DNA of 14,429 nucleotides, taken from NCBI GenBank assembly GCA_964413395.1, contig CAYPTZ010000027.1, positions 1-14,429 of the forward strand. Reading direction: 5' to 3'. Made by a program: the position numbers and the translations under genes. The notes under the pieces were generated by a model. The model made no database searches and had not been told where the DNA came from. It saw nothing but the letters and a program-made list of their open reading frames with translations. This document shows, piece by piece, positions 7,618-14,429 of the stretch. Numbering within the stretch: the stretch's first letter is position 1; the number at the start of each line of letters is the position of its first letter. This DNA is from an uncultured archaeon. GTDB taxonomy: Archaea > Asgardarchaeota > Lokiarchaeia > Sigyniarchaeales > Promethearchaeaceae.

Positions 7618-9786
7618 TTAGACTTCTGACTTGTATTGTTTAATAAAGAAAAATAAGTATCCAATAAGGAACAATAAATAAATATACCGTAATATAAGCA
7701 CAATAACGGTTGACATTAGGATAAAAACAATAAAATTTCGCTTTTCCTTATTTTTTACCCATTGTTTTTTTTCTTTATTTCCATCTTGTTTTTTATTTTT
7801 GCCCAATTTTTGATCATTTGATTGGATTAATGATAAAAGATACAAGGTAATAAAGGGAACAAGTGCAATGAGATAATATTTATAACTTCCTCGCGGATAA
7901 AATAATTGGAACGAAATAAAAATTGCAGTAGCACATAGAAACCATAGATTGATTATTTGATGCCATGATAATTCTTTTTTTTCTTCTAACTGTTCCACTT
8001 CGAATTTCTGTTCGTCTTTGTTAATTAACTTGTCATTATCTATCTCTTCTTCATTCACATCATCTGCCTTTTTAGGAATACTTTTTATCCAGAATTTTCT
8101 TAAGATAACCAGATTTGCAATAAAAAATAAGACCCAAAATATCGTCAAATAACCTATAATGTTCAAAATAAAGTTAGGTGACCCAATATATGAAAAAAAG
8201 CTAATTATAGATACTCCAACTCCGAAATGTAGAATTGATATCCGTTGAATATTAAAAGTAACACCTCCCTTAATAGCTAAAAACCAAAAAGCTTCCGCAT
8301 TCACAAATAGATAAGGTAAAATTACTAAAATGATAGGAACTATATAAAATAGACACGATTTTATCATAATTGGAAGATAATCTTTGAAAAATAACTTTAG
8401 ATGTGGATATTTTTTACCGATATTCTTTCTTACATTAATATTTTTTGAAATGTATCGGCATTCTATTAAGAGAAACAACGGTACTAATATGATAGAAAAT
8501 TGCTTAATTAATGCTGCAATGCTTAAGCAAATATATCCCCAATGGAAATTAGATATTTTATTCCAAAAATGAATTTTTTTATGAACTTGCGTTTTTTTAT
8601 CCATTTTTTCATCCTTTTCTTTTATCTTTATTTCATAAGTATTGTCAACATTATTCTCACTTTCATTCTCTGGAAATATTTCCTTAATAAAAAACCAAAG
8701 GGCTAACATTACAAAGAATAGATACAGACTTGTATTCAACCACAGAAAATTTCCATAGACCATTACAATTGGATTAAATAAATATGCATAGAGACTGATG
8801 ATGCGTTTTCGCTCCGAATGAGTAATTTGAAAAATTATTTTGGAACATATACATGCAATCCCGATATTCGCTAAAATCATAGGTAATCCTAATTTCCATG
8901 CAGGGAGTAAAGGAATATAACTAAATAATTGTATAATTACAATAAATCCAGGCAAAAATTGATATCCATACAATTTCCCATAAATTTCAAATAAGGGGAT
9001 AGTTTGAAATTGTTGTGACCATCCTTGTGTATGATATTCAAAATCGCTATATAGTTCTGGTTGTAAAACATCTTTCCATAATTCAAAGGGTAAAAATAAT
9101 GGGTTTTGTTTTCCCTGTAAAAAGATACGAATAAGAACCAATATCATATTTGGAATTATACAAATGATTATGTGTTTTTTCCATCCTGAAGTAATTAAAA
9201 GAGAGATTAACAGAAATCCTATGATTCCAAGTGTAGCAATATAAAGTCCCCAAAAATATGACCCTGCAATTGAACTGTATTCGATATCACCATAAATTAG
9301 TGACCAATCATTTGTTAATGCCTCTGAAGATATAGTATTGATATCTCCATAAATAACAAGAAACCTCGATTGAGATGAATTGGATACATCTCCTTTTATA
9401 CGTGATGATATGGAAATAGAAGTATGTTTTGAATTAGATTCTTCTATATTAATCTCTCCATGAGGCGAATAAAAATCACTCTCGTGGAAATAGGTATTGA
9501 AGATCATGGTTGTATCATCAAAAACCAAGGATTTCTCGAACCACCCAATTTTGAATAATGAATGATTAGTTATATAAAGATTCAATTCAATTTGATAATC
9601 TTCTGAAAATAACACGGGTTCCAGAGTTATTTCTTCTACATGAATTTCATTTTCTCGTATATTAACAATGGAATGTTCTATTTGATGGTTATTAATCGAA
9701 TGTAAAAATAATCCCATCAAAAATATACTTAAAAATGCAATTTGATAAGCATGGATTTTTTTTCTTTTCTCCATAAAAACATACAA
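7618..9786 (-). CDS. Large polytopic integral membrane protein with an N-terminal signal/anchor and a ~170-aa extracytoplasmic domain. Possibly a GT-C-fold glycosyltransferase-like protein; no family assigned.
   Basis: 722 codons. TTG start at 9786, or ATG four codons in (MEKRKKIHAYQIAFLSIFLMGLFL). There are more than 12 predicted hydrophobic helices, with large loops and a charged K/E-rich loop (KKADDVNEEEIDNDKLINKDEQKFEVEQLEEKKE). Ends at TAA. Confidence 0.6.
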   Translation of the reverse strand: MYVFMEKRKKIHAYQIAFLSIFLMGLFLHSINNHQIEHSIVNIRENEIHVEEITLEPVLFSEDYQIELNLYITNHSLFKIGWFEKSLVFDDTTMIFNTYFHESDFYSPHGEINIEESNSKHTSISISSRIKGDVSNSSQSRFLVIYGDINTISSEALTNDWSLIYGDIEYSSIAGSYFWGLYIATLGIIGFLLISLLITSGWKKHIIICIIPNMILVLIRIFLQGKQNPLFLPFELWKDVLQPELYSDFEYHTQGWSQQFQTIPLFEIYGKLYGYQFLPGFIVIIQLFSYIPLLPAWKLGLPMILANIGIACICSKIIFQITHSERKRIISLYAYLFNPIVMVYGNFLWLNTSLYLFFVMLALWFFIKEIFPENESENNVDNTYEIKIKEKDEKMDKKTQVHKKIHFWNKISNFHWGYICLSIAALIKQFSIILVPLFLLIECRYISKNINVRKNIGKKYPHLKLFFKDYLPIMIKSCLFYIVPIILVILPYLFVNAEAFWFLAIKGGVTFNIQRISILHFGVGVSIISFFSYIGSPNFILNIIGYLTIFWVLFFIANLVILRKFWIKSIPKKADDVNEEEIDNDKLINKDEQKFEVEQLEEKKELSWHQIINLWFLCATAIFISFQLFYPRGSYKYYLIALVPFITLYLLSLIQSNDQKLGKNKKQDGNKEKKQWVKNKEKRNFIVFILMSTVIVLILRYIYLLFLIGYLFFFIKQYKSEV

Positions 9787-9952
9787 TAGAAAATCTTTAA
9801 AAAGAGGTACGGGTGACCTCCTTGTATATCGACATTATTTTATACTTTTGATATTTTTAATTCATTAGCTTTAGCTAAACTAAATTAAAGATTATTATTT
9901 TTATTTAATATATTAATCAGCATTATCATTTAAAATTCAGTAAAAAAAAAAA

Positions 9953-10897
9953 CTAATATTTGACTTTACATCCTTTAGCTTGAAGTTGTGGTATCATTTC
10001 TTTGAAATTATCATATAATTCATGAAATACATTGCCAGAAATATCAAGAAATTCTAATTTTTCTAACTGTAGTATGGAATTGGGAATGTTTTTTAACTTA
10101 TTCTTAGAGAGAAACATTCGTTGAAGATTTTTCCAACGATGTATCCAAAAGGGTATTTCTTCAAGATGATTAGCCTTAAAATTTAACATTTTTAATGATC
10201 TTAAGTGCCTAAATATGGATGGAATTACACTAAAATTGTTATTATCACATTGTAAAAATTGAAGATAGATTAAATTTTTAATTGACAGGGGGAAGCGTGC
10301 AATTGAATTATGGGATAATCGCATTTTGCTTAAGTTTTCTAATTCACCAATTGATTCAGGTAATTTTTCTAATTTATTTTTCCGTAAATCCAGATGAGTT
10401 AAGGATTTAAGGAGTCCAATAGAATCTGGCAAGGAGGAAAGCTGGTTATGGGCTAATTTTAAATTTTTTAAATTTGAAAGCTGAGCAATTTCAGAGGGTA
10501 TATTCATAATCTGATTATTGGCGAGGGCTAGAATTTCCAAGGATTTTAAATTCCCTATAGATTTAGGGATTATTTTTATGTTATTGGAACTCAATACAAG
10601 TCTTTGTAATGATGGCATATTACATAAAAATTCAGGAATTGTATCAAGATTCGCATTGAGACAATATAATACTCTGAGTTTGTCCAATTTAACAAGGATA
10701 TTTGGGATTGTCTTTAAATTAATATAACTTAGCCCTAAAAGCACCACACTATCATTTTCTGCAATGTATCCAAAAAAATCTTGCTCCACAGTTTCCATAT
10801 TCCCCTTTGGGAGTCTTTTTCCGAAATTTTTTTGTAATTCTAGCAATAAGTTGAGATCTGAGCCCTTAACATCGGAATAAAAATTGGAATTTTCCAT
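9953..10897 (-). CDS. Leucine-rich repeat (LRR) protein, eukaryote-like typical LRRs, free-standing.
   Basis: 314 aa. About 10 tandem 23-residue repeats of LxxLxxLxLxxNxLxxIPxxIgx (e.g. LKSLEILALANNQIMNIPSEIAQ, LSNLKNLKLAHNQLSSLPDSIGL, LKSLTHLDLRKNKLEKLPESIGE). ATG start, TAA stop. Confidence 0.85.
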   Translation of the reverse strand: MENSNFYSDVKGSDLNLLLELQKNFGKRLPKGNMETVEQDFFGYIAENDSVVLLGLSYINLKTIPNILVKLDKLRVLYCLNANLDTIPEFLCNMPSLQRLVLSSNNIKIIPKSIGNLKSLEILALANNQIMNIPSEIAQLSNLKNLKLAHNQLSSLPDSIGLLKSLTHLDLRKNKLEKLPESIGELENLSKMRLSHNSIARFPLSIKNLIYLQFLQCDNNNFSVIPSIFRHLRSLKMLNFKANHLEEIPFWIHRWKNLQRMFLSKNKLKNIPNSILQLEKLEFLDISGNVFHELYDNFKEMIPQLQAKGCKVKY

Positions 10898-11086
10898 GTC
10901 TACTAGAGTAATATTCCACTCTTCATAAAAATTATTGCCCTTTTTTTCTGACCTTTAATTTTTTTCCTGCTCATTACTCGGGGGGAAAGAAAATTCAATT
11001 TATTTGATTCTTTTTGATTTTATACTGATTTAATCTTTTCTCAACTATTTTCAAATTTTAATATTGAGTGATAAATCAAATCAAAA

Positions 11087-11142
11087 ATGGGATCAATTTT
11101 TAATCCCATAAGGAAACATTATTTGATCCCATATGGGATCAA
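11087..11142. promoter_or_regulatory. Putative operator cluster: a perfect 20-bp palindrome TTGATCCCATATGGGATCAA (11123-11142) plus an upstream inverted pair ATGGGAT-N9-ATCCCAT (11087-11109), about 45-100 nt upstream of the wHTH gene.
   Basis: Direct reading: ATGGGATCAA occurs at 11087-11096 and 11133-11142, and its reverse complement TTGATCCCAT at 11123-11132. The partial ATCCCAT at 11103-11109 is also inverted. An AT-rich TATA-like stretch (tttataataatat, 11161-11173) follows before the ATG at 11185. Confidence 0.55.
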
Positions 11143-11184
11143 CTTTAAATATTTGTAAAATTTATAATAATATAAGAGAAAAAA

Positions 11185-12522
11185 ATGGCACCAGAAGATC
11201 GCGAAATTCCTATCAGTCTTCGAGGTATTGAGATAATCCTTCGAGTTCTAAATACTTCTTTACGAGATCCCTCAAGTATACGTCAAATTAGTTCAGAAAC
11301 CGGCTTATCTCTACGAGTTGCAAAAAATATTTTATTGGAATTACAAAATTTAAAACAAGTCAAACAAGTAATTGAAGATGGACAAGTTCTTTCTAAGTGG
11401 CACTTAACAGATTTAGGAAAACAAATCGCTCATGCACTTGAAGATTCCAGTGAAAAAAAAGAATTTAGTTTCATTGAAAAGCTTCTCGAAAATGTTACTA
11501 TTCCTAAAAAAATTGATGTCATTAACACTCAAATTGGAACAAGTCATAATGCCAATCGGCGATTAATTGAACAAATTCAATTAGATCTTAGTAAAATTAT
11601 GGGAATTTGCTTTAATAGTGATCAACCCATGATGGCAGAAAAATTAGGTCAACTAATCAAGAAAATCAAGGCCATTTATCATAGTATGGCTATTTTTCGT
11701 TCAAATCCATTAGCTTTTTTCAAATTAAAAAAGAAAGGTAAATCAAATTCTTTTTCAAATAAGCAAAAAAGTGAATTTCTGGGTGAAATTCTTCTCCTTA
11801 ATCAAATTCTATTCAATCATATATCTTTCATAGTGAATACAGTTGAATTGATGGCAACGCAACTTGAAAAAAACAATTTCGCAATTTTTCATATTCAATT
11901 TCGAAGAATTTCCGAATTAATTCGAATCCTATCCTACATGATTCAAAAAAGGACCTCGATTGAAAGTTATCATCATATCCTTTCTGAATTTGATTTAAAA
12001 AAAATAAGTAAAAATATTATCAATACTGAAATCGTAAATAAATTTTTACCTCATACCATACCAGAAAATCAAAAACAAGAAATAATTCAGCCCCTTTTGA
12101 TTTCATTGATTGATCAATATATTTCCAACACCTCCAATCCTCATGCTTATGTTCCATTAATTTCATTTTTTAATCTTTTCAACGATCAGTTTCAATATGC
12201 TGACATATCATTGGGAGATATCGAAAAGAATTTAAATATATTAGCAAAACAGGGTCTCATCGTTGGAGTTAAATCGATTAAAAACGGAGGAAAGGATAAA
12301 TATCGAGTAGTGCAATTAACCAATGAAGATCTCATGGCGGAAGAAATTGAATTGATTCGGTATTCTCTAGAAACCAAATCATTTTCCATAACTGATGTAA
12401 TGGAGGCTCTAAATTGGGATCAAGAAAAAACATCAAATATTCTTACCATATTGACTTCGAATGGATTATTAAGATACACCAAATCATATCTCCATGGCGA
12501 AAAGTGGTATATAGTAATGTAA
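11185..12522 (+). CDS. Multi-winged-helix (wHTH) protein: a wHTH at the N-terminus and two wHTH-like modules at the C-terminus; function unknown, possibly a transcription regulator.
   Basis: 445 aa. N-terminal IRQISSETGLSLRVAKNILLELQNLKQVKQVIEDGQVLSKWHLTDLG has the helix-turn-helix plus beta-wing pattern. C-terminal DIEKNLNILAKQGLIVGVKSIKNGGKDKYRV and ITDVMEALNWDQEKTSNILTILTSNGLLRYTKSYLHGEKWYIV repeat that pattern. ATG start, TAA stop. Confidence 0.5.
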   Translation: MAPEDREIPISLRGIEIILRVLNTSLRDPSSIRQISSETGLSLRVAKNILLELQNLKQVKQVIEDGQVLSKWHLTDLGKQIAHALEDSSEKKEFSFIEKLLENVTIPKKIDVINTQIGTSHNANRRLIEQIQLDLSKIMGICFNSDQPMMAEKLGQLIKKIKAIYHSMAIFRSNPLAFFKLKKKGKSNSFSNKQKSEFLGEILLLNQILFNHISFIVNTVELMATQLEKNNFAIFHIQFRRISELIRILSYMIQKRTSIESYHHILSEFDLKKISKNIINTEIVNKFLPHTIPENQKQEIIQPLLISLIDQYISNTSNPHAYVPLISFFNLFNDQFQYADISLGDIEKNLNILAKQGLIVGVKSIKNGGKDKYRVVQLTNEDLMAEEIELIRYSLETKSFSITDVMEALNWDQEKTSNILTILTSNGLLRYTKSYLHGEKWYIVM

Positions 12523-12540
12523 AAATATAATCAGACAAAA

Positions 12541-12605
12541 AAATGTGAGGCAAAATAAAATGAGGCAAAATAAAATGAGGGTAAAAAAAGTGAGGAAAGA
12601 CAAAC
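12541..12605 (+). repeat. Four tandem ~15-nt repeats, each containing TGAGG, ending 10 nt before the SPFH start codon. The last copy doubles as the ribosome-binding site.
   Basis: TGAGG sits at 12546, 12561, 12576 and 12591, exactly 15 nt apart. Units are TGAGGCAAAATAAAA x2, TGAGGGTAAAAAAAG and TGAGGAAAGACAAAC. The repeat produces the PHFILPHFILPH pattern in the spurious minus ORF 12443..12625. Confidence 0.7.
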
Positions 12606-13517
12606 ATGAATAAAAAATCTAACAAAGGGAAAAAAATACCACAAAGTCAATCTGTAATTTCTTGGAATCATGATCAAATAGAATTATTAGATATATTACA
12701 GAGACCTCTTTTAAAAAAATTCCCTGAAATGGGAAGAACACTTTCAAAAAGTGTATCCTTTGTAGTGAAAGAGCATGAACACGCCATTTTATTAAAAAAT
12801 GGAGAGTTTGTATCGGAAATGCCAAGTGGTACCTATGAACTTGACAAAGAATCTCGTAAGATTGGGACTGAGATCATCTATTTTGAAACTGCAATCCAAA
12901 ATATTCCTTGGGGAATTCCTCAAAATAATGGGATTAGGACTAAAGATGGATTTTTAATTGGAATGTACGGTGAAATCAAAGTTAGGATCCATAATGCTAT
13001 TTCTTTTTATAAATATGTTATCGGAGGGCTTGAAACATGGACTATTGGGGAATTAAAGCAATGGATTAAGAGTTTGTTACATACATCTTTACGTGAAATC
13101 TACGCTAAATACGAACTGAAAAATATTTTTCAAGAAGATAGCGAAACCGTGATGAATAAAATGACCGCGAAGATGATTGAAGAATCTAATTTGTATGGAT
13201 TAATAATTGAATCCTTTTGTGTATTGGGATATAAAGCTTCGGAAGAAGCAAATCAATATATTGATTCAAACCAAACAACTTCTCTTCAAAAGTATCAATT
13301 TTCAGAAAAAATCCAACAAAAAAAATATCAGGATCAAGAAATAATCCAAAATCGAATTGCCTCTTTAGAAAAAAGACGAAATGACCTACAAGACCAGTGC
13401 CTTGATACTTCGATTTCAAAAGATGACTACGAAATGCGTATTTGCCTTTTGAGTCGTTTTTTGAAAGAATCGAAAAATGAGTTGGAATTACTAATGAAAA
13501 AACAGGATAATCATTAG
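12606..13517 (+). CDS. SPFH / band-7 (stomatin-prohibitin-flotillin) domain protein, apparently soluble (no N-terminal TM), with a C-terminal coiled-coil-like Q/K/E-rich region.
   Basis: 303 aa. FVVKEHEHAILLKNGEF...TKDGFLIGMYGEIKVRIHNAISFYKYV matches the SPFH core (vV.e.e.avv.r.Gk...T.Dnv.v.vd.vv.yrV.dp..f). LREIYAKYELKNIFQEDSETVMNKMTAKMIEESNLYGLIIESFCVLGYK matches the SPFH tail (lR.vig...l.ell..r..i.......l......GI.v..v.i.d). ATG is preceded by GAGG; TAG stop. Confidence 0.55.
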   Translation: MNKKSNKGKKIPQSQSVISWNHDQIELLDILQRPLLKKFPEMGRTLSKSVSFVVKEHEHAILLKNGEFVSEMPSGTYELDKESRKIGTEIIYFETAIQNIPWGIPQNNGIRTKDGFLIGMYGEIKVRIHNAISFYKYVIGGLETWTIGELKQWIKSLLHTSLREIYAKYELKNIFQEDSETVMNKMTAKMIEESNLYGLIIESFCVLGYKASEEANQYIDSNQTTSLQKYQFSEKIQQKKYQDQEIIQNRIASLEKRRNDLQDQCLDTSISKDDYEMRICLLSRFLKESKNELELLMKKQDNH

Positions 13518-13532
13518 AAAACGGGGATAACT

Positions 13533-14429
13533 ATGACATCAAACAACAATCAAATTATAGAATCAGATGGAGCAATAGTGCAACATAATTTATTAAATGT
13601 ACAAGAACAAAAGATAAAACAAGATACTGGTATTAATAGAAATTCCTCTAATGAATCTCGTTCTAAAGTTTTAATTCAGAAAATTAATATCATATTCCAC
13701 TTGTTTGTGTTTCTTTTGTTAGGTTTTGCAATCATATCAGTAATTTTTGCGTGTGGTATTTCATTTGTAGATGCAAAAGACAATAATTTATTTACTTGGC
13801 CCATATTAAGTTTAATCGGCTTGGAAGGGTTAACTGCTTTATATCTATATATTTACAAAACAAAAAAAATGACTTTAGCAGTGTCAATTTTAGAAAAAAT
13901 GGATATTTGGGCATACTTAAGTAGCTTTGTCGCTCTAATTTATTTGATAGTAAGAGGATTTATGAATCTCATGGATAATTTTTTAGAATCAAGCTACATC
14001 ATTTTTTCCTTATTTTTATGCTTCATGTTTGAAGCCAGTATATTCTTATGGAAATATCCCGATATTTTTAAGAAACCTAATGATTTTGAAAATCGCTCTG
14101 CTTTAAAAGTCAGTAAATATATGCTCCATCTTGGGATTGTAATATTTTCGAATCTGATAATTATTTTTTGTCTCGTAGCCGAAAACTCATCATATATGTT
14201 TGAACAATTAAAAATATATTGCTGGATATGGATTGGTATCGAATTTTTTATCTTCCCTTTTCTGTTTCTATTTTGGATAAAAGGCGATTCGTCATTAAAT
14301 TTAAAAAACCAACCTCATAATTCATCTACTAACAAAAATCAGAATATCACTTATGATACAATGTATAATGAAAAAAATTTTCAAGGTTTTTGGGCAAATT
14401 TTTGGAGCAGAATGCAATTGCACAATAAA
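13533..14429 (+). CDS. Polytopic membrane protein (at least 6 hydrophobic helices), 5'-complete and 3'-truncated by the window edge; not in the supplied ORF track because it has no stop in the window.
   Basis: ATG at 13533, 16 nt after the SPFH stop, preceded by GGGGATAA. The frame stays open for 299 codons to the window end in a ~30% GC sequence. Translation: MTSNNNQIIESDGAIVQHNLLNVQEQKIKQ...IFHLFVFLLLGFAIISVIFACGISF...WPILSLIGLEGLTALYLYIY...IWAYLSSFVALIYLIVRGF...IIFSLFLCFMFEASIFLW...LGIVIFSNLIIIFCLVAE...IWIGIEFFIFPFLFLFWI... Confidence 0.55.
   Translation, partial: MTSNNNQIIESDGAIVQHNLLNVQEQKIKQDTGINRNSSNESRSKVLIQKINIIFHLFVFLLLGFAIISVIFACGISFVDAKDNNLFTWPILSLIGLEGLTALYLYIYKTKKMTLAVSILEKMDIWAYLSSFVALIYLIVRGFMNLMDNFLESSYIIFSLFLCFMFEASIFLWKYPDIFKKPNDFENRSALKVSKYMLHLGIVIFSNLIIIFCLVAENSSYMFEQLKIYCWIWIGIEFFIFPFLFLFWIKGDSSLNLKNQPHNSSTNKNQNITYDTMYNEKNFQGFWANFWSRMQLHNK

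Noticed and set aside
8384-8572. 62-aa + ORF inside the membrane protein gene
   Set aside because: It is antisense to a long, clearly coding hydrophobic ORF. Spurious.
9811-9826. GGAGGT (minus strand) as a Shine-Dalgarno for the 722-aa membrane protein; small GAGGT/ACCTC hairpin
   Set aside because: It lies ~29-41 nt upstream of the candidate start codons, too far for an SD. The 5-bp stem is weak. It is probably an incidental GC-rich patch within the promoter region.
12541-12605. CRISPR array?
   Set aside because: The 15-nt period is far too short, the units are contiguous with no unique spacers, and there are no cas genes. It is a simple tandem repeat.
12443-12625. 60-aa minus ORF with a PHFILPHFILPH repeat
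   Set aside because: The peptide repeat is just the reverse translation of the 15-nt TGAGG DNA tandem repeat. It overlaps the 3' end of the wHTH gene and the SPFH start.

Overview
The window is AT-rich (roughly 30% GC by eye) and densely coding. Gene content points to an archaeon, probably an Asgard/Lokiarchaeia-like lineage. The grounds are an S25e ribosomal protein (archaea/eukaryote only), two Bud23/WBSCR22-like rRNA methyltransferase paralogs, a free-standing eukaryote-type LRR protein, frequent TTG/GTG starts, T-run terminators and a TATA-like element upstream of a tRNA. TGA and TAA both terminate intact genes, so the standard genetic code applies.

Left to right the window holds:
- the C-terminal part of an M28 metallopeptidase (runs off the 5' edge);
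- tRNA-Ser(CGA) on the minus strand;
- a papain-fold (C39-like) cysteine-peptidase-like protein with a long K/E-rich tail;
- a DUF43/BpsA-like aminopropyltransferase with a C-terminal 4-Cys zinc ribbon (minus strand);
- ribosomal protein S25e (minus), divergent from two tandem Bud23-like class I SAM methyltransferases;
- a metallo-beta-lactamase-fold gene cut by one in-frame TAA;
- a GH114/TM1410-like TIM-barrel glycosidase gene cut by one in-frame TGA;
- a 722-aa polytopic membrane protein (minus, possibly a GT-C-like glycosyltransferase);
- an LRR protein (minus);
- a same-strand cluster of a 445-aa multi-winged-helix protein, a soluble SPFH/band-7 protein, and a polytopic membrane protein that runs off the 3' edge.

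Non-coding features: a perfect 20-bp palindrome with extra half-sites upstream of the winged-helix gene, and four 15-nt tandem repeats (each carrying TGAGG) abutting the SPFH start codon.

Best candidates for something new: the palindrome-regulated wHTH-SPFH-membrane module; the two adjacent nonsense-interrupted genes; and the S25e / tandem Bud23-like neighbourhood.

No CRISPR array, integrase or transposase was seen.
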